Source: Ignavibacteriota bacterium
GTDB taxonomy: Bacteria > Bacteroidota > Ignavibacteria > UBA10030
DNA: 64,000 nt
Assembly: GCA_963727825.1 (NCBI GenBank)
Contig: CAVSHO010000009.1
Location: forward strand, 384,001-448,000
Reading direction: 5' to 3'
Numbering within the stretch: the first letter of the stretch is position 1; the number at the start of each line of letters is the position of its first letter. The notes under the pieces are model-generated. The model saw only the letters and a program-made list of their open reading frames with translations, made no database searches and was not told the DNA's origin. Shown in pieces: positions 49,911 to 60,649 of this stretch. A program made the position numbers and the translations under genes.

Positions 49911-52307
49911 ATGGACAAACAACACGAAGACAGACAGCATAATTTTCTGGTCGTCAAATATATGCGCTCCATCTCGATTACCCTATTGTTTTCATTCTTG
50001 TTATTTAATGATTTCACATCTTTGATTGCTTCTGAAAAGCATTCATTCGAAGCAGAATTGGCCAAACCAATTGGATCGGCATATAAGGTACCTGATAGCA
50101 ATGCATCGAGTAGCTTTGCAGTTAGTCTGACCAAACCTGGTGATGGAATCAAGTTCTCAAACCTGCCTGCAGCTCGTAAATTGGCCATTCGTTATGCGTC
50201 AATGGAAGTTGGAACCATCAGTGTTTCTGTAAATGACAAGCCGGCGAGTAAGGTGAACGTACATTCGTCGGGAAATCGCATCGGTTCATTCCTACTCGCC
50301 ATCGTTGATATTCAAATTCCTCGTAATACTGATCTGACAGTCAGCATGATTGGCAACGATGTTGCAATAAACGTAGATCAGATAATTGTCGGCGACGGTG
50401 ATTTAGGACTACCTCCGGATATTTGGAACCTGCCGCCATTACATGTCGCCGCTGGTCCGTATCCTGCCGATTGGAAGGGATTGAGCCGGATTTACATTGT
50501 GCCGGAGTGGTGGCGCGATGCCAAGTTTGGTGCATGGGCGCATTGGGATCCGCAATCTATGCCTGAACAGGGCGACTGGTATGCCCGCGGCATGTATATT
50601 CAGGGCAGCGGACAATATGAATACAACCTCAAACACTTTGGTCATCCATCTGAATATGGTTATAAGGACATTTGCCATAATTGGGTGATCGATCGATGGA
50701 AACCCGAAGAGCTGATGGATTTGTATGTTGAGATGGGCGCCCGTTTCTTCATGGCTATGGGTGTTCACCATGACAACTTTGATTGCTGGAATTCCGCCTA
50801 CCAGCCCTGGAATTCTGTGAATGTTGGACCTAAGAAAGATATAGTTGGTTCTTGGGAAAAGGAAGCGCGCAAACACGGACTTCGTTTCGGCATTGGGTTT
50901 CATAATACACCAGCCCGCACATGGGGTCAGTTCATGACGGTTCGATACACTAGTGATAAAACCGGGACAATGAAAGGGGTGCCCTACGATGCGCTTCAAA
51001 CGATTCTTGATGGAAAAGGAAAATGGTGGGAAGGCATGGATCCAGTGGACCTTTATGGGCCAATTCATGATATCAAAGATCCGTTACATTCGCCATTTGC
51101 CAACCAGTTTATGTGGCGGGTGGATGATGCAATCACAAAATATCATCCCGATGTAATTTATTTCGATGAACATGCGGGCGATTCACAAGTTGATTTGGGC
51201 GTGCACATGGGACTTGGTTTTCTCGCTCCGCCGCTGGTTGCGAACTACTACAATAAATCTATACAATGGAACCATGGAAAAATGGACGTAGTGGTTAATC
51301 TTAAAGGCGTGGGCGGGCGTTACGATAGTTTCCAAAACAACCCCGAATTGCTTCCCTACGTTGATCGTTCATTGGTCAAGAGTACGGAGGCCTTCATAGA
51401 ACAGGAGATCATGGCTTATCCATTCCAAACCGAAACCAGCATCGCTGCATGGCACTACCAAACCGGGCAGGAATACATGGATGCCGGATCTGTGATCCGG
51501 TCGCTGATGCAAAACGTTTGCCGCAATGGATCCATGTTGCTCAACATCACCCAGCATGGTCGAGGCGATCTCGATTCTCAAGTGGTTCGTATTTGCAAAA
51601 ACATCGGTGCCTGGTTGAAAATAAACGGCGAAGCTGTCTATGGCTCCCGTCCGTTTGAAGTCTATGGAGAGAATTCAGTTTGCTACACACGCAACAACGG
51701 AAATGTCTATGCTACACTCTTGGAGTGGCAAGGCGGCCCAATCACATTCAAGGCTTTGTGTGCTGGCGGGGCAACACTGGGCAAAGTATCCAAAGTCGAA
51801 ATGCTCGGCTCTGATGTTGCGCTGACATTTTTTCAAGACGATCGGGGACTGACGGTGACGCTCAGCGGATCGGTACAACCGCTGCCGGGTATCGCTGATC
51901 AGCAGCTGGCTTCGGTGTGTCGTGTTCTACGTATCACACATGACAGAGGCTGGATCAACGACGATGACCCAGGTACAACGGCACCTGGATGGGTTCACCG
52001 TTGCAATCTAGGAACAGGAGACTTCAACAATGATCTCACTACAAGCGACACACCTGGTGATGTCTGGAGTTGTTCGTTCACCGGTAGCAACATCTCAGTC
52101 ATTGCCCCGAAAATAGCTGGAGCCGGAAAGATTGAGGTTCAGATAGACGGCCAAACCCGTGATATGGTGGATTTGTCTACCACGGGTGAGCGCCAAGCTC
52201 AGCAGGTGGTATGCAAAGTGAGCGATTTAACTCCAGGTAGACATATCATTAATATTGTCAATCGTGGATCTGGACCAGTAGCTGTCGATGCAATAATCGT
52301 CCAGTAA
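49911..52307 (+). CDS. GH29 alpha-L-fucosidase-like enzyme with flanking beta-sandwich modules
   Basis: PEWWRDAKFG.WAHW, HHDNF, WNSVNVGP, YFDE nucleophile, NGEAVYGSRP. Confidence 0.9.
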   Translation: MDKQHEDRQHNFLVVKYMRSISITLLFSFLLFNDFTSLIASEKHSFEAELAKPIGSAYKVPDSNASSSFAVSLTKPGDGIKFSNLPAARKLAIRYASMEVGTISVSVNDKPASKVNVHSSGNRIGSFLLAIVDIQIPRNTDLTVSMIGNDVAINVDQIIVGDGDLGLPPDIWNLPPLHVAAGPYPADWKGLSRIYIVPEWWRDAKFGAWAHWDPQSMPEQGDWYARGMYIQGSGQYEYNLKHFGHPSEYGYKDICHNWVIDRWKPEELMDLYVEMGARFFMAMGVHHDNFDCWNSAYQPWNSVNVGPKKDIVGSWEKEARKHGLRFGIGFHNTPARTWGQFMTVRYTSDKTGTMKGVPYDALQTILDGKGKWWEGMDPVDLYGPIHDIKDPLHSPFANQFMWRVDDAITKYHPDVIYFDEHAGDSQVDLGVHMGLGFLAPPLVANYYNKSIQWNHGKMDVVVNLKGVGGRYDSFQNNPELLPYVDRSLVKSTEAFIEQEIMAYPFQTETSIAAWHYQTGQEYMDAGSVIRSLMQNVCRNGSMLLNITQHGRGDLDSQVVRICKNIGAWLKINGEAVYGSRPFEVYGENSVCYTRNNGNVYATLLEWQGGPITFKALCAGGATLGKVSKVEMLGSDVALTFFQDDRGLTVTLSGSVQPLPGIADQQLASVCRVLRITHDRGWINDDDPGTTAPGWVHRCNLGTGDFNNDLTTSDTPGDVWSCSFTGSNISVIAPKIAGAGKIEVQIDGQTRDMVDLSTTGERQAQQVVCKVSDLTPGRHIINIVNRGSGPVAVDAIIVQ

Positions 52308-52767
52308 GCGAACTATGGAATTATACTTGTAATAAGATCTTGTATCAACAACTGGTAAAAGACAATTAAAGAGGTAAATATTCATTAAAAACCGATTGAA
52401 ATATTTAATTTTGATAGCAATGAATTTATTTACAAGAGCTAATGGATGATAATATTTGTTAGATCAGTGTAAATTTAAACGGAAATTGAAAGTTTTTTAT
52501 AACTAAATGTTAAATCAGTCTGTCAAAAGTACTTTTTTTTACATAGTATTATGGTGTTAAATAACAACCGATTTGTTTTTTTCGATTCTGGAATTGTTGT
52601 ACTATATATGGATTATCCCTAAGAACACCAGCAAAATATTATGTTACCTTACTTTGAGTTTAGAAATTACAAAATAAGTGAATGCCAAAAGAAAAAGAGT
52701 TATTAATTAATTTCAAATACAGGGATATAGAATCAACTAATTAATTCAAACTAAATCATGATGAATT

Positions 52768-53925
52768 ATGAAAAAAAATGTTAATGTTTCGTTAGTTATC
52801 TTCTCTATTGCAATACTGGTGGTGTGCATTTTGAAAACTTCCACTGCCCAAACTCAACCTGAAGTAAAAAAACAGCTTGTCCCAGGAGAACAGGCACCTC
52901 CTTCCGATCCGGGACAGAAGAATTTCGGTGGAATGCGCCCTGCAGTCGGGGCTGGCGGACAAAGACCGGCAGTACGGCCACCTCGCCCGGAACCAAAAAT
53001 CCAGACGGTTTCTCTGGAAGAGATCTCAATGAGCGATCCCTATATTTATCCTGATGAGAAATCCAATACATATTATTTGACGGGTACGGGCGGCCGTCTT
53101 TATAAAAGTAAGGACCTAAAGATGTGGACTGGTCCTTATCCGATCATAGACCTCACCGGAACCTGGATGGATGGACTCTGGGTAGCAGCGGCTGAAATTC
53201 ATCACATTGGAAATAAATACTATTATGCCGGCACCTGGAGTGACCACAGCACTTTGATCCAAGTCGTTCCTCGCCGTTATAATGTGCCGCGGAACCAGAC
53301 TCAACTTTTAGTAGCCGATTCACCCGAAGGACATTTCAAACCTTTAATTGCTGATCATGAATTCTGCCTCGGTCCGGAGGATTGGGATATTATCGATGGT
53401 ACTCTCTATACTGAGAATGATACTACATATTTGGTATTCGTTCATGAGTGGACCCAACTCATCGATGGAACCATGGATTACATGCCTCTTTCAAAGGATC
53501 TGACTCATCGAACCGCTGAGCCAACTACGATCTTCCGTGCCAGTGAGGCTGCATGGTCCAAAGAGATGAATAGCATAGGTGAAGCTACTTTTGGTTTGAA
53601 AATGCCCGGCTGGGTTACCGACGGTCCAGAAATGTTCCGAACAAAGACCGGCAAGCTCGGTATGCTGTGGGCGAGCTGGGGTGAACATCGGTATGCGCAA
53701 GGAGTAGCTTATTCAACATCAGGAAGTATCAGAGGTCCATGGATACAGGAAAAAGAAGCATTCAAAGGAGATAATTCCGGTCATGGTATGTTGTTTACTA
53801 CTTTTGAAGGGAAGCGTTTATTCATCGTTCACCATGCAGAAGAAAAAGGTCCTCGCAAACCACAACTCTATGAGGTAGATGATTCAGGTGATAAATTAAT
53901 ACTTGGATCAAGATATAATCCGTAA
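52768..53925 (+). CDS. GH43 glycoside hydrolase
   Basis: MSDPYI, AAEIH, IDGTLY, HEW, TDGP, GHGMLF. Confidence 0.9.
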   Translation: MKKNVNVSLVIFSIAILVVCILKTSTAQTQPEVKKQLVPGEQAPPSDPGQKNFGGMRPAVGAGGQRPAVRPPRPEPKIQTVSLEEISMSDPYIYPDEKSNTYYLTGTGGRLYKSKDLKMWTGPYPIIDLTGTWMDGLWVAAAEIHHIGNKYYYAGTWSDHSTLIQVVPRRYNVPRNQTQLLVADSPEGHFKPLIADHEFCLGPEDWDIIDGTLYTENDTTYLVFVHEWTQLIDGTMDYMPLSKDLTHRTAEPTTIFRASEAAWSKEMNSIGEATFGLKMPGWVTDGPEMFRTKTGKLGMLWASWGEHRYAQGVAYSTSGSIRGPWIQEKEAFKGDNSGHGMLFTTFEGKRLFIVHHAEEKGPRKPQLYEVDDSGDKLILGSRYNP

Positions 53926-54020
53926 TAATGCTGATGATTGTTTATAAGGTTTAACATGAATATTTTATTTGAACTGATAAATTAATTATCCTTGTCCATA
54001 GAATTGGAAAGAAAAAACTT

Positions 54021-55568
54021 ATGAAAAAAATAATTTTTACTCTTTTGATTTTGATGATCTCAAAATCGGCATATTCACAAAATGTCAAAATAGATAGTAC
54101 TAAATATCCCAAGCTGGTGACATTTACTGCGCAGCAAGATCACGAGAATATGATGAAACAACTGGGAATTAAAAGTATAAGACCCGGTCCAAGTGGCAAT
54201 GAGAGCGCTCCCAATCATGCAAATTACAATGAGGCAACTGCAAATCCATGTCCACAACTGCCCGATGTGCTTACATTAACCAATGGCAAAAAAGTAACTT
54301 CAGCTGATATGTGGTGGAAGCAGCGGCGGCCAGAAATTATCGAACTTTTTGAGCATGAAATGTACGGCAGTTTGCCAAAAGAAATTCCAACAGTTACTTG
54401 GAACGTAAAAGTTTCAGACCGGGAATTTATTGGTCGTACTCCGATCATTGCCAAGCAGCTTGTTGGACACGTCGATAATAGTCAATATCCCTTCATCAAT
54501 GTCGATATTAATATGATGCTGGTTTTACCCGTGAATGTGAAAGGGCGTGTTCCTGTTCTCATCATGTTTGGTCGCCCTTCGTTCCCTTCTCCCGCTCAAC
54601 CTTCACTCGAGGACATGGAAAAAATTAATGCCGCTTTTAAACAAATGATTATTAAAAGCAATCCCGAATTAAAAACAATATTCGAACAATATCCGGTGTA
54701 TTCACCCATTACAAGATTGCCCGGACCAAATTGGTTTGCACCGGCAACCAATGGTGATTCACCTCCAACAGAACAGTTGCTGGCAGCCGGTTGGGGATAT
54801 GCAACATTAGATCCCAATAGTGTTCAGGCCGATAATGGTGCAGGACTTACGAGAGGTATAATCGGGTTGGTCAATAAAGGCCAACCTCGTAAGCCCGACG
54901 ATTGGGGATCCTTACGCGCGTGGGCTTGGGGAGCCGCTCGTGCACTCGATTATCTTGAAACAGACACGCTTGTCGATGCAAAAAAAGTAGGGATTGAAGG
55001 TGTATCCAGATATGGAAAGGCCGCACTGGTGACTCTTGCATTTGAACCTCGGTTTGCAGTAGGTTTAATAGGCTCATCAGGTAAAGGTGGCGCTACACTA
55101 GAACGCCGTGTATTTGGCGAAGCAGTCGAAAGCCTCGCTGGCAGTGGTGAGTATCATTGGATGGCTGGTAATTATTTAAGTTATGCTGCTTCAGAAGCAA
55201 GTGCTGGAAGTAAAACAGGTTGCGATTTATCTGTCGATTCCCACGAACTGATTGCTCTCTGCGCTCCTCGGCTTACTTTTATTAGCTACGGAATACCGGA
55301 AAAAGGTGATGCAAAATGGTTAGACCAAGAAGGCAGTTATATGGCAACAGTTGCAGCAGGCTCGGTTTTTAAATTAGTAGGCGTAAAAGATTTAGGTGTT
55401 TCCAACGATTATATGAAGGAAAAAATGCCGCCTGTTCTCACGGGTTTGTTGAATGGTGAACTAGCATGGCGGCAACACGATGGCGGACATACCGATGCAC
55501 CCAACTTTCAATATTTTATTCCTTGGGCAAGCAAACTGCTAAAGTATAACAGAACCCCATTACAATAA
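54021..55568 (+). CDS. CE15 glucuronoyl esterase-like protein
   Basis: WGSLRAWAWGAARALDYLE, GVSRYGK, DSHELIALCAPR, HDGGH. Confidence 0.88.
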   Translation: MKKIIFTLLILMISKSAYSQNVKIDSTKYPKLVTFTAQQDHENMMKQLGIKSIRPGPSGNESAPNHANYNEATANPCPQLPDVLTLTNGKKVTSADMWWKQRRPEIIELFEHEMYGSLPKEIPTVTWNVKVSDREFIGRTPIIAKQLVGHVDNSQYPFINVDINMMLVLPVNVKGRVPVLIMFGRPSFPSPAQPSLEDMEKINAAFKQMIIKSNPELKTIFEQYPVYSPITRLPGPNWFAPATNGDSPPTEQLLAAGWGYATLDPNSVQADNGAGLTRGIIGLVNKGQPRKPDDWGSLRAWAWGAARALDYLETDTLVDAKKVGIEGVSRYGKAALVTLAFEPRFAVGLIGSSGKGGATLERRVFGEAVESLAGSGEYHWMAGNYLSYAASEASAGSKTGCDLSVDSHELIALCAPRLTFISYGIPEKGDAKWLDQEGSYMATVAAGSVFKLVGVKDLGVSNDYMKEKMPPVLTGLLNGELAWRQHDGGHTDAPNFQYFIPWASKLLKYNRTPLQ

Positions 55569-55577
55569 ACATTTTTT

Positions 55578-57339
55578 ATGAAGATTATGAAAAGATCAAT
55601 CTGTTCTTTTATCACGATGTCCCTTTTGGCTGGCGGCGTAATTTTTTGTCAATCCAAAATTCCTGCAGCTATCGCCATTACCAAAGCTGATTTGATTAAA
55701 GGCTGGAACATCTATTCCTGTTTCCTCTATTGGTGAGCCTGTGGGTTCGGTAAAACTTTATGAGCCACGCTGGATAGAAGCCACGGATGCCACTCCAGCT
55801 TATGGTGTTGTTGAAGGTTCAATATTTCCTGTTGATCCAAACGGCTGGCCCATTAATTTCAGGGTATTGTTACCGGCCGGTTGGTCGCAGCACGCTATGC
55901 AAATCGGTGGTGGCGGTATGAACGGAATCATCACCATAAGAGAAGGCAGGAATCCGATGCTCAACAAGGGGTTTGCTTTATACGGAAGCGATGCGGGACA
56001 TCAGGCAGGAAGTATGGGATTCCCCGGTGCACCGCAAAACAAACCGTTGGCGACAGGTCCAACGCCGGGAGATGAATGGGCTTTGAATGATGAAGCTATC
56101 CGGAATTTGGGGTACATGCAAATGAAGAAGACCCATGATGCCGCTATGGTGATTATGGAGCGGGTATATGGAAAACTGCCTCTATACAATTATTATGTAG
56201 GAAGCTCTCAGGGCGGACGAGAGGGACTTACTGTGGCTCAGCGTTACCCAAAGGATTATAATGGAATTATTTCCAATGTTCCAATCGTAAATTTTTCAAG
56301 CTTAATGCTGGGGCCTGAGCTAATCAGGATTCGGGAAAAGCTCTTAAAAAATTGGGTGACACCTGCCAAAGTGAATGCCATAAGGGCTGAATTTCTCAGA
56401 CAATGCGATACACTTGACGGGCTCGCTGATGGCATTATTAACAATTACATGGCAGCACGGGCCATTTTTAATGTTAACGATAAAGTTGGTCCGACTGATC
56501 CTTGGGCTACGCTTCGCGCGCCAAATAACATTGATCCAGATCCCAACAACAAATCGGAATCAGCAAAGCTGACCAACGAACAAATTAAAACAATGGAATT
56601 TGTTTATAGTCCTTATAAATTTGCCACTCCCCTTGCCAATGGTGTAAAGGCTTTTGGTATGTGGTTGCCCACCACTGAACCTGATGGCTTCGGAATGATT
56701 ACCGGAACAAGGTATAAAGGACAGGAAGGGGCAGGTGAAAACGTTCAGGTACATAATTCGTTGGGAACACTTGGTGTTACCGGCTTCCTCATGCAGAATA
56801 TAAAAGCCAATCCACTCGACTACATTGAAGGAGGTCAATGGAATAAACGCAGAGAACAAATATCAGAATGGCTCGATTCTGATAATCCCGATCTTTCAGC
56901 CTTTTACAAAAACGGTGGAAAGATCATCATTACCATTGGTGCAATGGACAATATAGCCTCCCCTGGAGCTCAGCTTGATTATTACCAATCGCTTCTAGAC
57001 AAAATGGGACGGGAAACAATTGATAAATTTGCACGCTTGTATGTGGTTCCACAGGCTGGTCATGGTTTATCAGGGAAAAGTTATAAAATGAACGGCAAAG
57101 GAAAACCAGTGGAAGTCAAAAATATTCCTGCCCCTAATGGAGATGATAATATGGGCTTGATCATAGCTTGGGTGGAAAATAACCAGGCTCCAGTTAAAAC
57201 ACTTGTTATCAATCCGCAGGGCAAAATAGGAACAAAACAGGAAGGCGCAGGCTATTTGTTATGTTCATATCCAAATTATTCCAAATATGTAAGCGGACCA
57301 GTGGACCAGGTATCTTCCTATGTGAGTGAGGCACCATGA
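55578..57339 (+). pseudogene. Tannase/feruloyl esterase family protein, signal peptide out of frame (+1 near 55700)
   Basis: GSSQGGREG, CD.LDG..DG, ARLY.VP..GHG, CSYP; ATG 55578 encodes a signal peptide; removing one base gives KAGTSIPVSSIGEPVG. Confidence 0.85.
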
Positions 57340-57504
57340 GATCGTAAACAATAACTCTCAGAGAAAAATGATTTAGGTGATAGACTGATGCAAAAATATA
57401 TTCCCTATTAAAAAATTTCTAAAATTCAATCTGATGAATATCTTCATAAACAACAAAATAGTTAAAAGATAGACGATCATACCATAAGAGAGAGAACAGT
57501 TTCT

Positions 57505-59052
57505 ATGAAAAACAATATTTTTGGGGTAATGATGTTAGTGTTGATGATTGCTGGGTCTTGCATCGCTCAGCAACCTGTACCTGTAAAAGTCGATGGCGGA
57601 TTGTTACAAGGAACAACTGAAGATGGGTTGATAGTTTATAGGGGCATTCCGTTTGCGGCTCCGCCTGTTGGTGACCTCCGGTGGCGCGCTCCTCAACCCG
57701 CTGTGAAATGGGAAGGTGTACGGCAGTCAACCAAGTTTGCCCCTGGCCCAATTCAGGGCTGGGGTTCTCAGTCAGGAAAGAGCGAAGACTGCCTGTACTT
57801 GAACATTTGGACGCTGGCGAAATCCGTGAGCGACCGTATTCCTGTATTTGTTTGGATCTATGGCGGCGGATTTAACGGAGGATCCACTTCCGAACCGACC
57901 TACAGCGGAGAGAATCTTGCAAAGAAAGGAGTAGTGCTTGTCAGTATCGCCTACCGCGTTGGCCAACTCGGATTTTTAGCGCATCCAGAGTTGAGTGCCG
58001 AGAGCCCGAATCACGTTTCCGGGAATTATGGTCTGTTGGATATGATCGCGGGTCTCCAATGGATAAAGAAAAATATCGCTGCATTCGGCGGTGATCCAAA
58101 TAAGGTGACAATCTTCGGCGAATCGGCCGGAGGAATTGCGGTGAGTATGCTGTGCGCATCGCCGCTGGCTAAAGGACTGTTTCATGGCGCCATTTCGGAA
58201 AGCGGCGGATCATTCGGACCTCCACGGCACTTTACTTATCCCGGCGAGAACTTGAAACGCCTTACCGATGCGGAGCGTGCTGGACAAGCATACGTCGACA
58301 GTGCAAAGGTTTCGTCCATCACGGAAATGCGGAAGCTAAGCACCGATAAACTTCCGGCAATCCGAGGGCTTGCTTGGCCGATCATCGATGGATATGTTAT
58401 TCCCGACGATCAATATGTGCTTTATGAAGCAGGCAAATTCAACGACACGCCAATTCTCGTCGGTTACAACTCCGATGAAGGCGCTAGTTTTTCACCGCCC
58501 AAAACACCTGAAGACTACATCAAAGGCGTTAAGGCGCGGTACGGCAAGTTTGCAGATGATCTCTTAAAAGCTTATCCAGTCGGTACAAACTCGGTTCCAA
58601 AAACAGCGCGTGATTTGGCACGTGATGCGGCATTCGGCTGGCATACGTGGAGCTGGGCTTGGCTTCAATCGAAGATTGGGAAATCCAAAGCCTTTCTTTA
58701 TTATTTCGATCATCACCCAGACTTTCCGGAAAGCTCACCGAAGGCTGGTTACGGTTCACCGCACGGTCAGGATGTAGCATATGTTTTCCAACATCTTAAT
58801 CCATCGAGTCCGGAAGCAACGAATACTGATCAGGCAATTTCAGAAGCCATGGCAACTTATTGGACAAATTTTGCAAAGTATGGTGATCCCAACGGCAATG
58901 GTGTACCTGCATGGCCTGCATTCAGTGATGCCAATCCAGTGGTAATGTATTTCGGTCAGACCCCGCACACAGGACCCGTACCTAGCGCTGAGGCATTGAA
59001 AGTACTGGATGGTTACTTCAAGTGGCGTCGTTCGCCGGAAGGAAAGGAGTGA
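57505..59052 (+). CDS. Type-B carboxylesterase (secreted)
   Basis: GIPFAAPP, SEDCLYLNIW, GGGF, GESAG. Confidence 0.93.
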   Translation: MKNNIFGVMMLVLMIAGSCIAQQPVPVKVDGGLLQGTTEDGLIVYRGIPFAAPPVGDLRWRAPQPAVKWEGVRQSTKFAPGPIQGWGSQSGKSEDCLYLNIWTLAKSVSDRIPVFVWIYGGGFNGGSTSEPTYSGENLAKKGVVLVSIAYRVGQLGFLAHPELSAESPNHVSGNYGLLDMIAGLQWIKKNIAAFGGDPNKVTIFGESAGGIAVSMLCASPLAKGLFHGAISESGGSFGPPRHFTYPGENLKRLTDAERAGQAYVDSAKVSSITEMRKLSTDKLPAIRGLAWPIIDGYVIPDDQYVLYEAGKFNDTPILVGYNSDEGASFSPPKTPEDYIKGVKARYGKFADDLLKAYPVGTNSVPKTARDLARDAAFGWHTWSWAWLQSKIGKSKAFLYYFDHHPDFPESSPKAGYGSPHGQDVAYVFQHLNPSSPEATNTDQAISEAMATYWTNFAKYGDPNGNGVPAWPAFSDANPVVMYFGQTPHTGPVPSAEALKVLDGYFKWRRSPEGKE

Positions 59053-59068
59053 GCAAAATAATTACTCT

Positions 59069-60628
59069 ATGAAAAAAATAGTTGCTATCATCAGCATATT
59101 GATCCCGCTGCTAGCCCCGGGCCTCGCGGCGCAAGAGAAGAACCAGCTTGCTCCAGTTCATGTCGAACAGGGTTGGCTTATAGGCATACCAGGATCGGAC
59201 ACCTCGATCACTGTTTACAAAGGTGTTCCGTTTGCAGCACCTCCTGTTGGAGAGTTGCGTTGGCGTGCGCCGCGTCCTCCAGCAGCATGGGAAGGTGTGC
59301 GAAAGGCAAACAAGTTTTCAGCCAACCCGATACAGGTAATGCGGGAAGCGTTGGGGCCGTGGACTGCGGAATATCAACCGCAGGGATCGGTGAGCGAAGA
59401 TTGTTTGTATCTGAATATTTGGACTGCGGCGCAATCATCAAATGAAAAACGTCCGGTTCTGATGTATATTCCAGGCGGTGCGTTCACAGGCGGGTCTGGT
59501 AATTGTCCGGTGTACAACGGTGAGAACCTGGCAAAGAAAGGATTGGTTGTAGTTACGGTCAACTACCGGGTAGGCGTCATAGGATTTCTCGCACATCCGG
59601 AACTATCGAAGGAATCGGAACATAACTCTTCGGGAAACTATGGGCTATTGGACCAGGTGGCGGCACTCGAGTGGATCAAGAAAAATATATCCGCATTCGG
59701 TGGAGATCCGTCTCGGATAACGATCATGGGACAGTCAGCAGGGGCGGCGTCTGTACACTATTTGACGGCATCACCGCTCGCCAAAGGATTATTCATTCGG
59801 GCAATTGCTCAGAGCGGTTCCAATGCATGGATTGGCCCAGGAGAACTTCTGGCATCAGCGGAGCAGACTGGAGAAAGGTTCGCTAAAACCAAAGGTGCTG
59901 TTTCTTTGGCTGCGTTAAGAGCGATGCCAGCAGCCGATTTGATGGCTCCTGCGAAAGACGAATTCCATTTTCTCCCGATCGTGGACGGTTGGTTTCTACC
60001 GAAGAGTGTGGATGAGATTTTTGCAAAAGGTGAACAGAGCGATGTCACTACACTCACTGGCTGGGTTGCAGACGAAGGAAGCTTCAGCGACGACTATGGC
60101 AAGGTTCCAGCGGAAGAGTTTCGGAAACGGGTGAGACAACAGGTGGCCGCAAAGGCGGATGGGATTCTAAAACTTTACCCGGCTTCGACGGAAGCCGAAG
60201 GTGCAGAGTCGCAGAAGTTGCTTGCACGTGACATGTCAATGGTCTCGATGTACCAGTGGGCCGTGAAACGCGAGAAGACCGGCAGGACGAATGTGTACAC
60301 ATACCTGTTTGTGCATCCACAACCCGGAGTAACTAAAGAGCGATATCAGACATTCCACTCATCGGAACTTCCATACATCTTTGACAATCTGAACCAGTCA
60401 CTCCGGCCATGGACGATGGAAGACAAGAAGATCGCAGAGACAATGTCAAACTATTGGACGAACTTTATAGCAACGGGAGATCCGAATGGGACGGGATTGT
60501 CAAAGTGGCAAGCGTTCAGAGAATCACCAGAGGAGACGATGGAATTGGGCGACAAAATGGAACCACGACCTATTACCAGCGGTGAGAAATTCGAAGCTTT
60601 AAAACTGTGGCAGGATTCTATGCACTGA
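59069..60628 (+). CDS. Type-B carboxylesterase (secreted paralog)
   Basis: SEDCLYLNIW, GGAF, GQSAG, FHSSE; likely ATG at 59069 (MKKIVAI). Confidence 0.92.
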   Translation: MKKIVAIISILIPLLAPGLAAQEKNQLAPVHVEQGWLIGIPGSDTSITVYKGVPFAAPPVGELRWRAPRPPAAWEGVRKANKFSANPIQVMREALGPWTAEYQPQGSVSEDCLYLNIWTAAQSSNEKRPVLMYIPGGAFTGGSGNCPVYNGENLAKKGLVVVTVNYRVGVIGFLAHPELSKESEHNSSGNYGLLDQVAALEWIKKNISAFGGDPSRITIMGQSAGAASVHYLTASPLAKGLFIRAIAQSGSNAWIGPGELLASAEQTGERFAKTKGAVSLAALRAMPAADLMAPAKDEFHFLPIVDGWFLPKSVDEIFAKGEQSDVTTLTGWVADEGSFSDDYGKVPAEEFRKRVRQQVAAKADGILKLYPASTEAEGAESQKLLARDMSMVSMYQWAVKREKTGRTNVYTYLFVHPQPGVTKERYQTFHSSELPYIFDNLNQSLRPWTMEDKKIAETMSNYWTNFIATGDPNGTGLSKWQAFRESPEETMELGDKMEPRPITSGEKFEALKLWQDSMH

Positions 60629-60649
60629 AACTTACACAGAGAATTCAAA

